From assembly GCA_964601615.1 (NCBI GenBank), contig CAZRNZ010000002.1, positions 207,431-271,430 of the forward strand: a DNA stretch of 64,000 nucleotides, read 5' to 3'. A model generated the notes under the pieces. The model did no database searches and was not told the origin of the DNA. It saw only the letters and a list, made by a program, of their open reading frames with translations. Made by a program: the position numbers and the translations under genes. This document shows, one piece after another, positions 1 to 9,216 of this stretch (the stretch's first letter is position 1; the number at the start of each line of letters is the position of its first letter). This DNA is from an uncultured Candidatus Saccharibacteria bacterium. Its GTDB lineage: Bacteria > Patescibacteriota > Minisyncoccia > Phycocordibacterales > UBA918.

Positions 1-101
1 CCGGGTGACCGGCTGTTTTTGTTTTTATAGTTATTCACATGTTGCTATTTTAAAAATCAAAATAACGGTAAAATATCTATAAGAATTAGATAATATTATA
101 T

Positions 102-557
102 ATGGTAAAGAATACGTCAAAAAGAGGTTTCACCCTGATCGAGCTCCTAGTAGTAATCGCTATTATTGGTATCTTGGCTTCAGTAGTACTTGCTTCACTT
201 AACTCCGCTCGTCAGAAGGGGGCTGATGCATCTATTAAGTCAAACCTAAACAACGCTCGTGCTCAAGCTGAGTTGTATTACGATGGTCGTACTCCTAATA
301 GTTACCATGTGAGTGCTAGTGAGAATGTTTGTTCAAGTACTTCAGGTATTGCTAATATGATTACCGGTGCACGAAATGCAAATGGGACAGCAGCTAATGT
401 TGTTTGTGGATCAGAGGCTGGATATTGGGCTGCTAAGGCGTTGCTAGTTTCAAATACTGCACATTGGTATTGTGTTGACTCAAGTGGTCAAGCAAAGACG
501 TATACTAGTACTGCATGGACTTCTGGTGCAGTAACAGCTTGTCCAGCTGGTTCTTAA
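102..557 (+). CDS. Type IV major pilin / pseudopilin with class III signal peptide
   Basis: N-terminus KRGF|TLIELLVVIAIIGILA is a prepilin cleavage/methylation motif (G-1, E+5). 151 aa with C-terminal Cys pair. Own strong terminator follows. Confidence 0.8.
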   Translation: MVKNTSKRGFTLIELLVVIAIIGILASVVLASLNSARQKGADASIKSNLNNARAQAELYYDGRTPNSYHVSASENVCSSTSGIANMITGARNANGTAANVVCGSEAGYWAAKALLVSNTAHWYCVDSSGQAKTYTSTAWTSGAVTACPAGS

Positions 558-578
558 AAATTAAAAAGTCGCACAAAA

Positions 579-605
579 TGCCCCGCAATGCGGGGTGTTT
601 TGTTG
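579..605 (+). terminator. Rho-independent terminator after major pilin
   Basis: CCCCGC-AAT-GCGGGG hairpin followed by a T-run. Confidence 0.7.
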
Positions 606-617
606 TATAATTAACCC

Positions 618-1445
618 ATGCCTGAATGGTACATAATTTCAGTTGTTGCATTGTTTGGATTGATTATCGGTAGTTTTCTCAATGTAGTTATTTATCGACT
701 ACATACAGGACGTTCGCTTAATGATCGGTCGCATTGCTTGTCTTGTGGTACTACTTTAAATTGGTATGAATTGTTTCCTGTAGTTTCTTACTTAACTCTA
801 CTTGGCCGTTGTCGTACTTGTGGTGCATTTATTCCGTATCGTTATGCTTTGGTGGAAATATTAACAGCTGTCACTTTTGTTATTTGTTACTTATTTACCT
901 CTGATATTGTAACTTTTGTTTTGGTAGCGACTCTAATGTCAGTTTTGATTGTGGGATTGGTTTATGATCTCTATCATATGATTATTCCCGATGAAGTTTC
1001 AGGGTGGGCGGCGGCTTTAGCTGTCGCCATAGTTGGTTGGCAAGCTTATCTGTCTAGTGACTGGTTATATGTTGTATTTAATGCACTTTCTGGAGCTGCC
1101 ATTATTTTCTTAGTTTTTTGGAGTTTGTGGTTTTTTTCTGGAGGTAGAGCATTTGGTTTTGGTGATGCAAAACTTTCTGTATCGCTTGGGATGTTAGTTG
1201 GTTTGTCAGGAGTTTTTTCTTTGATGGTATTTTCATTTTGGATAGGAGCAATATTTAGTATCCTACTAATCTTGTTACAAAAAATTATCCGCAAAAGTTC
1301 AGGAAAATTTGGTTGGGGTCATGTTAATATGAAAAGCGAAATACCGTTCGCTCCGTTTATGATTGTTGCGTTCGTAGTTGTTTACTTCTTTAGAGTAGAT
1401 GTAATTCAACTCATCAGTAGTTTTGTAGAAAAAACATGGCTATAG
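618..1445 (+). CDS. pilD: Prepilin peptidase (A24 family)
   Basis: N-terminal CxxC...CxxC zinc motif (CLSCG..CRTCG). Polytopic membrane protein with a GFGDAKL motif carrying the catalytic Asp. Confidence 0.85.
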   Translation: MPEWYIISVVALFGLIIGSFLNVVIYRLHTGRSLNDRSHCLSCGTTLNWYELFPVVSYLTLLGRCRTCGAFIPYRYALVEILTAVTFVICYLFTSDIVTFVLVATLMSVLIVGLVYDLYHMIIPDEVSGWAAALAVAIVGWQAYLSSDWLYVVFNALSGAAIIFLVFWSLWFFSGGRAFGFGDAKLSVSLGMLVGLSGVFSLMVFSFWIGAIFSILLILLQKIIRKSSGKFGWGHVNMKSEIPFAPFMIVAFVVVYFFRVDVIQLISSFVEKTWL

Positions 1446-2020
1446 TCAAAAAAACAGTAATAAATTTTAGACAGAAAGAAAGAAACCTACATAGTGGTTT
1501 TTCTATTTTGGAAGTACTTATTACCGCTGCCATTATTGGAGTAATAACCGGACTTATTACATTGCAATATGGTTCTTTTAATAATCTTATCTTGTTGAAG
1601 AATCAGGCATATCAAGTTGCGCTTGATTTGCGTGAGACACAGACCAGATCACTATCGGTATCTGGTGCAAATGCTGCTTTTAGAAAGCCTTATGGAATTC
1701 ATTTTGAAAGAGATAATCCTTATCAATACATTTTGTTTCTAGACGCTAATCCAGAAAATGGTCTATATGACTTAGGAGAGGAGATAGAGGTAAGGAAACT
1801 TGATTCACGTTTCAGATTGGGTCGTCTTTGTAGTGGTTCTACCGAAAGTTGTACCACAGTTAGTGCCATGTCTGTAGTTTTTCGTCGACCAAACTTTGAT
1901 GCAATTATGAATGCTGGTGCAATAGCTAATGCTGCAGTGGAAATCACTACAATTAACGGAGATGGAGAAGACGTTCGTGCTGTAAATATAAATGCTGCTG
2001 GTCAGATAACTATTGAGTAA
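1436..2020 (+). CDS. Minor pilin / pseudopilin (prepilin-type N-terminus)
   Basis: HSGF|SILEVLITAAIIG motif with E+5. Confidence 0.65.
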   Translation: MAIVKKTVINFRQKERNLHSGFSILEVLITAAIIGVITGLITLQYGSFNNLILLKNQAYQVALDLRETQTRSLSVSGANAAFRKPYGIHFERDNPYQYILFLDANPENGLYDLGEEIEVRKLDSRFRLGRLCSGSTESCTTVSAMSVVFRRPNFDAIMNAGAIANAAVEITTINGDGEDVRAVNINAAGQITIE

Positions 2021-2025
2021 TATTT

Positions 2026-2685
2026 ATGTTGTTTTTTAATAAGAAAAATCTTAGAGGAGGTGAGCAGAAAATTGCAAAGCAATTTTCTGCTCAAAAAAAT
2101 AATCATGGTTTTTCTCTTATTGAACTGTTGGTTTCAATGGCTTTATTTATTGTAGTGCTAACTATGGGTATCGGTGCATTGATGGTCTTGATTAGTTCCA
2201 ATTCAAAAGCTCAAAATATTCAATCGGCAGTAAGTAATATTCAATTTGCTATTGACAGTATGTCTCGTGAGATACGTACAGGAAATGGATATTTTTGTTC
2301 AAGTAGTACTGAAGCAACTGGTGATTACACTCAAGTACAGGATTGTAATAAGGGTACTTATTTATCTATTGTGGAAGGTGGTAAAAGTCTGACTTCAGGA
2401 GGAAGTGCTAATCCTAATAGACGTATAGCATATAGATACAACACTGCTTTAAATGCAATTGAACGAAAGATAGGTAGTGGTTCGTGGGTTAGACTAACTG
2501 ACTCAGCAGTTTCTATTAATACAATGCATTTCAATGTAACTAATTCTGCTGGTAAAGATAGTTCTTCCAATAATTTTCAACCAACTGCAACGATATTTAT
2601 TAATGGGGAAATTATTGGGATAGGGGATACTTCAACCGAATTTACTCTCCAAACCACAGTTACGCAAAGAACTCTAGATTTGTAA
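2026..2685 (+). CDS. Minor pilin / pseudopilin
   Basis: NHGF|SLIELLVSMALF prepilin motif. Confidence 0.65.
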   Translation: MLFFNKKNLRGGEQKIAKQFSAQKNNHGFSLIELLVSMALFIVVLTMGIGALMVLISSNSKAQNIQSAVSNIQFAIDSMSREIRTGNGYFCSSSTEATGDYTQVQDCNKGTYLSIVEGGKSLTSGGSANPNRRIAYRYNTALNAIERKIGSGSWVRLTDSAVSINTMHFNVTNSAGKDSSSNNFQPTATIFINGEIIGIGDTSTEFTLQTTVTQRTLDL

Positions 2686-2690
2686 TATTT

Positions 2691-3266
2691 ATGAAATACA
2701 TCAATAACAAAAAAGGTGGATATTCTTTGGTTGAAGTGCTTATTTCTATTACAGTTCTTTTGATTGCTCTGGTTGGTCCCTTAACTATTGCTTACACTGG
2801 TTTGAAAAGAGCTAATTTCTCCAAGGAACAAACATTTGCAGTTTTTCTAGCGCAAGAAGGAGTTGAATCTGTTGTGAGATTACGAGAAGACTCTGCCCTA
2901 AATGCTTCTTCTTACGGTAATTTGTCTGAGGTTTGGACTACAAACTTCAATGCTGTGAGTAATCGTTGTCAGATTGGAAGTAATAATTATTGCGGAGTGC
3001 GCTTAACTGATGATGGCAGTTTTTCTCAAAATAATATTTATCAGTGCAGCGGCTCTAATTGTTTAATGAGATATAATGATGGCGATAGGGTTCCATACAA
3101 ACAAGGTGTTTCTGGTACAGAAACACAATTCACTCGTCAATTACAAATTACTGTTTCTGGTAATCAGTTTGCCAGAGTAAAATCTATTGTTTCTTGGGGT
3201 CCTGCAACTTCAGATAAGATTGAGCTAGAAACTTATGTCTACAATACTTACTATGAGCCTAATTAA
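2691..3266 (+). CDS. Minor pilin / pseudopilin
   Basis: KGGY|SLVEVLISITVLL prepilin-like motif. Confidence 0.6.
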   Translation: MKYINNKKGGYSLVEVLISITVLLIALVGPLTIAYTGLKRANFSKEQTFAVFLAQEGVESVVRLREDSALNASSYGNLSEVWTTNFNAVSNRCQIGSNNYCGVRLTDDGSFSQNNIYQCSGSNCLMRYNDGDRVPYKQGVSGTETQFTRQLQITVSGNQFARVKSIVSWGPATSDKIELETYVYNTYYEPN

Positions 3267-3834
3267 AAAAACAAAAGAAAAAGGTTTTGCTTTACTAATT
3301 ACCCTTGTGGTAGTGAGTGTGGTTCTGGCAATAGGTTTGTCGTTATTGTTTGTTACTACTAAACAATATTTACTAGCTATTACAGCTACTGAGTCAGAAG
3401 AAGCTTTTCATGCTGCACAGATAGGGCTTGAATGTATGAGATATCATAGAGTGCAGCCTAATACTAGAGATGCTTTTCTTCGTGATAGCACAAATACTCC
3501 ACCCACTGTTTCTTGTGCTGGAGTTACATCAAACATTTTGGACAGTTCACCAATTTTAGGTACTGGAGGGATAGGTGGGGTTTGGATGTATCGTTATCGT
3601 TATAGGTTTGATTTAGGTTCTAGTTGTGTAGATACTAGTTTGTATATTGCTGATTACAGGGATTCTAGTCTGGATTCACCTTATAATATATCAAGTTATA
3701 GTGAGGGATTAAGCCAAATACAATGTATGGCTGGTACCATTTGTACTGTAGTTTTTTCTCGTGGTTATAACAGACCTTGTGGACAGTTGGATTCAATATT
3801 TACTATTCAGCGCGAAATAACTGTCGAATTCTAA
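3235..3834 (+). CDS. GspK/PilX-like pseudopilin (no E+5)
   Basis: EKGF|ALLITLVVV N-terminus lacks Glu+5, as in GspK/PilX-type minor pilins. Confidence 0.55.
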   Translation: MSTILTMSLIKKTKEKGFALLITLVVVSVVLAIGLSLLFVTTKQYLLAITATESEEAFHAAQIGLECMRYHRVQPNTRDAFLRDSTNTPPTVSCAGVTSNILDSSPILGTGGIGGVWMYRYRYRFDLGSSCVDTSLYIADYRDSSLDSPYNISSYSEGLSQIQCMAGTICTVVFSRGYNRPCGQLDSIFTIQREITVEF

Positions 3835-4022
3835 ACTCCCAAAATCAGGTAAAACCTAGGACTTCAGGACTTTTGTTCAGTCGTCGTATATCTGTATACG
3901 ACTTCCTCATAAAAATCCTTCCAGTCCGTCGTTTTTCCTCTGATTTGTGTGATTTTATAAAAATAACTTGTCTGATTTTCCCGTGCAGAATAGCAAATAA
4001 ACCTGTAAAATAGGTTTAATTT

Positions 4023-6032
4023 ATGGAGCCTAAAAAGCAGGACAGAATTAAAAAGTTAAAAGATTTGGTGAAGTATCATCAGAGTCTTTATCATGAAAAT
4101 GATGCGCCAGAAATAAGTGACGAAGCCTATGATTCTTTGGTCCGCGAACTTCGTGAATTAGAAGGAGTTGGTGAAGAGGGGGAATCTGTTGCTAATCTAG
4201 TTGGCGGTGCGCCAAGTGAGGCTTTTTCTAAAGTTACCCACAAAGTTAGGCAGTGGTCCTTAAATAATGTTTTTGATGAAGAAGAGTTGAGAGACTGGCA
4301 AGATCAAATAAAACGCAGATTAAGAGATGAAGATATTAATGTAGAAAATATTTCTTTTGATGTCGGACATAAGCTTGATGGATTGAAGGTTATTCTTACT
4401 TATGAAAAAGGGAAATTAGTAAGAGCTGCAACTCGTGGAAATGGTGTGATTGGTGAAGATGTTACTCATACAGCCAAGACGATTTCTGGTGTGCCAAAAA
4501 TTTTAACTCAAGAAGTTAGCCTTTCTTGTGTTGGAGAAGTGTGGCTTTCCGAAAAAGAATTTGAGCGAATAAATAAAGAAAGAAAAGCAGAAGAATTGCC
4601 TTTGTTTGCAAATCCAAGAAATGCCGCTGCTGGATCTTTACGCCAGCTTGATGCTGCTGTCACTGCTAGCAGGAATCTTTCTATTATTGTTTACGATTTA
4701 GATTATCTTGATAGTAATGATTTAGATTCTGTACCAAAAACTCAAAGAGAAGAACTAGACTTGCTGCATGATCTTGGTTTTGAAATTGGTGAACATGGAT
4801 TTTTGGCAAAAAATATCGATGAAGTGATTGGGTATTACGATAATTGGAAAGGGAACAAAGGCGCTTTGGCGTATGGTGTTGATGGAATTGTGGTTAAAGT
4901 AAATGATATTTCTTTGCAAAATCGACTTGGTTACACCGCCAAAGCGCCTCGTTTTGCTGTGGCATTTAAATTTCCAGCTGAACAGGCTACAACTATCGTC
5001 GAAGATATTGTGCTACAGGTTGGCCGTACTGGTGTTGTTACTCCTGTGGCGCATTTGTCGCCCACTCGCATTGCTGGTTCGGTTGTATCTCGTGCGACCC
5101 TTCACAATGAAGATCAAATCAAACGTTTGGATGCGCGAGTGGGCGACACAATTATTTTGCAAAAAGCTGGTGATGTAATTCCTGAGATCGTATCTGTAGT
5201 TTTAGAGTTACGTCCAGAAAAAACTAAACCATATCGTTTTCCAAAGAAAGTTGATGGATGTGGTGGGGATGGGAGTATCGAAAGAATTCCTGGTGAAGCA
5301 GCTTATCGTTGTGTGACTCTTGATTCAGATTTTATTTATCGTCGCCAGCTTTATCATTTTGTTTCTAAGAATGCTCTTAATATAGATGGGGTTGGCCCCA
5401 AGATAATCGACTTCTTACTTGACGAAGGTTTGATAAAAGAAGTCCATGATTTATTTACGCTTGAAGTTGGAGACTTAGAAGGTCTGCCTGGATTTCAAAA
5501 GAAGGCAGCTGAAAATGTGATTGAGTCTATTAAGAAGGCCAGCGAAGTCGAGCTCTATCGTTTGTTAGTTGGACTTTCTGTTACAAACGTCGGTGAAGAA
5601 ACAGCGCGTCTAATTGCTGAACATTGTGGCTCAATTGATACTGTGCAAACAGCTACGGTAGAAGAATTATCTAATATATATGGAGTGGGAGACATTGTGG
5701 CAGAAAGTTTAGTTGCGTGGATGAATAATAAAGATAATCAAAAAAATCTTGTACAACTTCTTCCATATCTAACGATTAAAAATCCAATTAAGACTAAAAG
5801 AATCACCCCACTAAGTGGTAAGACAGTAGTATTTACAGGAAGTCTAGAGAATCTTTCAAGAGATGAAGCGAAGAAGTACGCCCGCGAAGCGGGCGCACAA
5901 ATCTCTAGCAGTGTCTCAAAAAAGACTGATTTTGTAATTTTAGGTAAAGAATCTGGTTCAAAAGCTGTTAAAGCTAGTGAACTAGGAGTAGAAACCATAA
6001 CTGAAGAGGAGTTTTTAAAACTGATCAGTTAG
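4023..6032 (+). CDS. ligA: NAD-dependent DNA ligase
   Basis: KxDG adenylation motif (VGHKLDGLKV). 669 aa including a BRCT-like C-terminus. Confidence 0.9.
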   Translation: MEPKKQDRIKKLKDLVKYHQSLYHENDAPEISDEAYDSLVRELRELEGVGEEGESVANLVGGAPSEAFSKVTHKVRQWSLNNVFDEEELRDWQDQIKRRLRDEDINVENISFDVGHKLDGLKVILTYEKGKLVRAATRGNGVIGEDVTHTAKTISGVPKILTQEVSLSCVGEVWLSEKEFERINKERKAEELPLFANPRNAAAGSLRQLDAAVTASRNLSIIVYDLDYLDSNDLDSVPKTQREELDLLHDLGFEIGEHGFLAKNIDEVIGYYDNWKGNKGALAYGVDGIVVKVNDISLQNRLGYTAKAPRFAVAFKFPAEQATTIVEDIVLQVGRTGVVTPVAHLSPTRIAGSVVSRATLHNEDQIKRLDARVGDTIILQKAGDVIPEIVSVVLELRPEKTKPYRFPKKVDGCGGDGSIERIPGEAAYRCVTLDSDFIYRRQLYHFVSKNALNIDGVGPKIIDFLLDEGLIKEVHDLFTLEVGDLEGLPGFQKKAAENVIESIKKASEVELYRLLVGLSVTNVGEETARLIAEHCGSIDTVQTATVEELSNIYGVGDIVAESLVAWMNNKDNQKNLVQLLPYLTIKNPIKTKRITPLSGKTVVFTGSLENLSRDEAKKYAREAGAQISSSVSKKTDFVILGKESGSKAVKASELGVETITEEEFLKLIS

Positions 6033-6051
6033 TGTATTATGCACTAACTTT

Positions 6052-6345
6052 ATGACTAAAGAAGAAATTTTACATCTGGCAAATTTGTCTCGCATAAAAT
6101 TGTCAGACTCAGAGATTGAGAAGTTTAAAGGTGAAATTGAATCCATCCTAGATTACGTTGGGCAAGTTAAAGATATAGCTTCTGGTGCAGAATCAGAACC
6201 AACCACTGGCGTTGTTTACAATGTTTTTCGTGAAGATGAAATTAGTAATGAGCCAGGTTCTTATTCTGAAGATTTGATTGGAGCTTTCCCAGAAAAGAAA
6301 GGGAATTTCCTTAAGGTGAAAAAAATTCTAAACCCAGATTCTTAA
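6052..6345 (+). CDS. gatC: Glu-tRNA(Gln)/Asp-tRNA(Asn) amidotransferase subunit C
   Basis: 97 aa with a GatC-like N-terminus, immediately upstream of gatA. Confidence 0.8.
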   Translation: MTKEEILHLANLSRIKLSDSEIEKFKGEIESILDYVGQVKDIASGAESEPTTGVVYNVFREDEISNEPGSYSEDLIGAFPEKKGNFLKVKKILNPDS

Positions 6346-6346
6346 T

Positions 6347-7765
6347 ATGACTATCACAGAATTACGCAAGAAGTTTATCTCAGGTGAATACACTCCACTG
6401 CAAGCTTGGGAAGAAACTATGAAGGTTATCGAGGAGCGTGACGGAGAAGTTCATGCTTACTTAGAGGTGTATAAAGATACAAAGGCGGAAGCAGAATTAG
6501 CAACTGAGCGTTACAAAAAAGACGGTGCTAACACTCCAGCTCTTCTTGGTATTCCACTAGCAATCAAAAATAATATTTTGATAAGAGGACGCAAAGTTAC
6601 GGCAGCTTCAAAAATTCTTGAAAACTATACAGCTTCATACGATGCAACTATAATAAAAAAGTTGCGTGAAGCCGGCGCTATTTTTGTTGGTGCAGTAAAT
6701 ATGGATGAGTTTGCGATGGGTGGTTCAACCGAAAACTCAGCCTTCGGTCCAACCAAAAATCCACATGACACTTCACGAGTAGCAGGAGGTTCTTCAGGAG
6801 GTTCTTCAGCGGCAGTTGCGATGAACTCTGTTCCTGCTGCTATCGGTACAGATACTGGTGGATCAATCCGTCAGCCAGCTAGTTACTGCGGACTTGTGGG
6901 ATTCAAGCCAACTTATGGTGCTGTGTCACGTTTTGGTTTGATTGCTATGGGTTCATCTCTAGATCAGGCGGGACAACTAACAAATTCAGTAGAAGATGCA
7001 GAGCTTCTTTTTGAAATTATGTCTGGTCAGGATTCTTATGATATGACCACAATTTCTCCAACTACTTATCCTGCTAAAGAAATAAAGGAAACTTATACTT
7101 TTGGTATTCCGAGAAAGTTTCTTGGTAATGGTGTTGATGCGGATGTAGTAGAAAAATTTAATGATCACGTTAAAGAATTAGAATCTGCTGGACATAAAAT
7201 AGTTGATATTGAATTGCCGCTGTTTGAAGCTGGATTGGCTGCTTATTACATTGTGATGCCGGCAGAAGTTTCTTCTAATCTCGCTCGTTTTGATGGAATT
7301 CGTTATGGTGAAAGAAAAGAAGGAGAGGACTTGTTGGAGACTTATTTAAATTCTCGGGCTGAAGGTTTTGGTGCTGAAGCAAAGCGTCGTATTATCTTGG
7401 GAACTTATGTTTTGTCTTCTGGATACTATGATGCGTATTATGGAAAAGCTGAAAAGGTAAGAGGAATGATGCGTGATGAGTTGAATGAAGTTTTCAACAA
7501 AGTCGATTTTGTTATTACTCCAACTGCACCTACTCCAGCTTTTAAGGTTGGCGAAAAAGAAGATCCACTTTCAATGTATCGTCAGGATATCTTTACTGTA
7601 CCAGTAAACTTAGTTGGTGTTCCAGCAATTTCATTACCGATGGGAGAAGTAGAAAGAGAAGGAAAGTCTCTTCCTGTTGGTGTGCAATATATTGCTGCTC
7701 ACGGAGCTGAAAATCAGCTCTTCGACGCTGGTAAAAAAATCTTTGATCAAAAAATCAAAGTCTAA
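6347..7765 (+). CDS. gatA: Glu-tRNA(Gln) amidotransferase subunit A (amidase)
   Basis: Amidase signature GGSSGGSSAAVA. 472 aa. Confidence 0.9.
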   Translation: MTITELRKKFISGEYTPLQAWEETMKVIEERDGEVHAYLEVYKDTKAEAELATERYKKDGANTPALLGIPLAIKNNILIRGRKVTAASKILENYTASYDATIIKKLREAGAIFVGAVNMDEFAMGGSTENSAFGPTKNPHDTSRVAGGSSGGSSAAVAMNSVPAAIGTDTGGSIRQPASYCGLVGFKPTYGAVSRFGLIAMGSSLDQAGQLTNSVEDAELLFEIMSGQDSYDMTTISPTTYPAKEIKETYTFGIPRKFLGNGVDADVVEKFNDHVKELESAGHKIVDIELPLFEAGLAAYYIVMPAEVSSNLARFDGIRYGERKEGEDLLETYLNSRAEGFGAEAKRRIILGTYVLSSGYYDAYYGKAEKVRGMMRDELNEVFNKVDFVITPTAPTPAFKVGEKEDPLSMYRQDIFTVPVNLVGVPAISLPMGEVEREGKSLPVGVQYIAAHGAENQLFDAGKKIFDQKIKV

Positions 7766-7803
7766 TATATCTGGACTTTCTAGCAAATAGTAGTATTGTA
7801 CGA

Positions 7804-8025
7804 TTGTCGATTTCTGTCGCAATCGAAGGAGAGAGTGCTTTGACGGACAATAATAAATCTCGCGGAGTTTATACTCGCGACAATAGCGGTACCGGCTGGT
7901 TTGTTGGTATTATTGTGGCTCTGGCACTGTTGGCAATTTTTTATCTGGTCTTTTCGGCAAATTCCGGACCTTCCTCAGTCAGGGATGTTAAGCCATTGCC
8001 GACAGTAACTTCTACTGCCAGTTAA
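7804..8025 (+). CDS. Hypothetical small membrane protein
   Basis: One TM helix; followed by a terminator hairpin. Confidence 0.35.
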   Translation: MSISVAIEGESALTDNNKSRGVYTRDNSGTGWFVGIIVALALLAIFYLVFSANSGPSSVRDVKPLPTVTSTAS

Positions 8026-8043
8026 GTTCTTCAGTGTTTTATG

Positions 8044-8075
8044 AAAACAGGGTCTCTGGATCCTGTTTTTTATTT
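8044..8075 (+). terminator. Rho-independent terminator
   Basis: AACAGG...CCTGTT stem followed by T5. Confidence 0.6.
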
Positions 8076-8125
8076 TGTAAACGAAAAATATTATTTTAAC
8101 AAATTGCGTGTGTTAGAATATTTGT

Positions 8126-8782
8126 GTGTACGACGAAAATGACATTCCTTTCAATACTTATTCGCTGGACTTTTTAGCGTTTGTAGATTTTGTTTACGCT
8201 AAGATCGTTGCTGGCATAAACTTTGTAAACAGTGGCGGAGCTACTGGCGTTGGTGGTGCCAGTGGTTCTGTTTGGTCTCCCGGGATTTTGTTTGACACTC
8301 TATCTACAATTTGGGGGGTTATGGTTGTGGTGTCTTGGTTGGTTTCTGGTCTGCTTATTTTTGGTTTGATTTATGCCTATATCAGACATGGTCAGCTAGG
8401 TGAAGCTTCTTCTGAAATAATAAAAAGACAAGAAGAAGCTTATGCAAAATATTACTTGCGCGATACAAAAAATACTCGTTGGCTTGATGTTCAGGCAAAT
8501 ATGGAGAAAGAAAATCCTTCTAATTGGAAGCTGGCAATTTTAGAATCTGATATTTTACTTGGTGAGTTGTTGGATAAAATTGGCTATGCTGGAAATACCA
8601 TTGGTGAACAACTAAAAAGTGTCTCTCCAGAATCTTTCCAAACAATTAACCAGGCTTGGCGCGCTCATAATGTGCGCAATAGAATTGCTCACGAAGGAAG
8701 TGATTTTGAACTAACTAAAAAGATTGCAAAGGAGACTGTGGCGCAGTACAAGATGGTATTTGATGAATTCGACTTCATTTAA
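8126..8782 (+). CDS. Membrane-anchored HEPN-like (DUF4145-type) protein
   Basis: GTG start. TM segment then a C-terminal domain with RNRIAH (Rx4H) at 8675-8692. Confidence 0.5.
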   Translation: MYDENDIPFNTYSLDFLAFVDFVYAKIVAGINFVNSGGATGVGGASGSVWSPGILFDTLSTIWGVMVVVSWLVSGLLIFGLIYAYIRHGQLGEASSEIIKRQEEAYAKYYLRDTKNTRWLDVQANMEKENPSNWKLAILESDILLGELLDKIGYAGNTIGEQLKSVSPESFQTINQAWRAHNVRNRIAHEGSDFELTKKIAKETVAQYKMVFDEFDFI

Positions 8783-8860
8783 AATTAGTAAGACAAATAC
8801 TCTTTGTTTGATTTTTGGGTGGACAAATCTTTTTTAATTGGTATACTATTTTTCTAAATA

Positions 8861-8929
8861 GCGGGTTAGAGGAGAGGTACCTCGGGAGGCTCATAACCTC
8901 CAGACTCCGGTTCGATTCCGGAACCCGCA
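8861..8929 (+). tRNA. tRNA-Met (CAT)
   Basis: Cloverleaf parsed by hand: acceptor GCGGGTT/AACCCGC, anticodon loop CTCATAA, T-loop TTCGATT. Confidence 0.75.
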
Positions 8930-8940
8930 ACATTTAATAA

Positions 8941-8970
8941 AAGAGCCGCACCTTTGGTGCGGCTCTTTTA
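8941..8970 (+). terminator. Rho-independent terminator
   Basis: 10-bp GAGCCGCACC stem followed by a T-run. Confidence 0.7.
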
Positions 8971-9025
8971 TATTGAATCCTAAAGAGTTAAATGTTATCT
9001 TGTTACCTGCCTGTATAGGTAATTT

Positions 9026-9100
9026 GTTGATGTAAGTAAAAACTTGCATCGACTACATTCGGACTTGGCATGTAAGCAAGCTTTCTCGCAGTCCTCATTT
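9026..9100 (+). promoter_or_regulatory. Conserved tRNA-upstream module (copy A)
   Basis: Hairpin GTTGATG-N14-CATCGAC whose stem equals the acceptor stem of the downstream tRNA, followed by CATTCGGAC and ATGTAAGCAAGC. The same architecture occurs at 12831-12915. Confidence 0.4.
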
Positions 9101-9177
9101 GTCGATGTAGCTCAGTTGGTTAGAGCGCGGCACTCATAAAGCCGAGGTCGGAGGATCATTCCCTCCCATCGACACCA
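9101..9177 (+). tRNA. tRNA with anticodon CAT (Met or Ile2-lysidine type), CCA encoded
   Basis: Acceptor GTCGATG/CATCGAC, anticodon loop CTCATAA, unusual T-loop ATCATTC, genomic CCA. Confidence 0.75.
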
Positions 9178-9216
9178 GTGCATTTTTTGTAGTTTTCTGC
9201 TAGAATCTTGCCTGAT

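Noticed and set aside
1046-1294. 82-aa minus-strand ORF inside pilD
   Set aside because: Antisense to a well-supported prepilin peptidase gene; no recognisable features. Typical shadow ORF.
3777-4013. 78-aa ORF between the last pseudopilin and ligA
   Set aside because: Overlaps the pseudopilin 3' end and runs through the low-complexity ligA upstream region. More likely non-coding promoter DNA.
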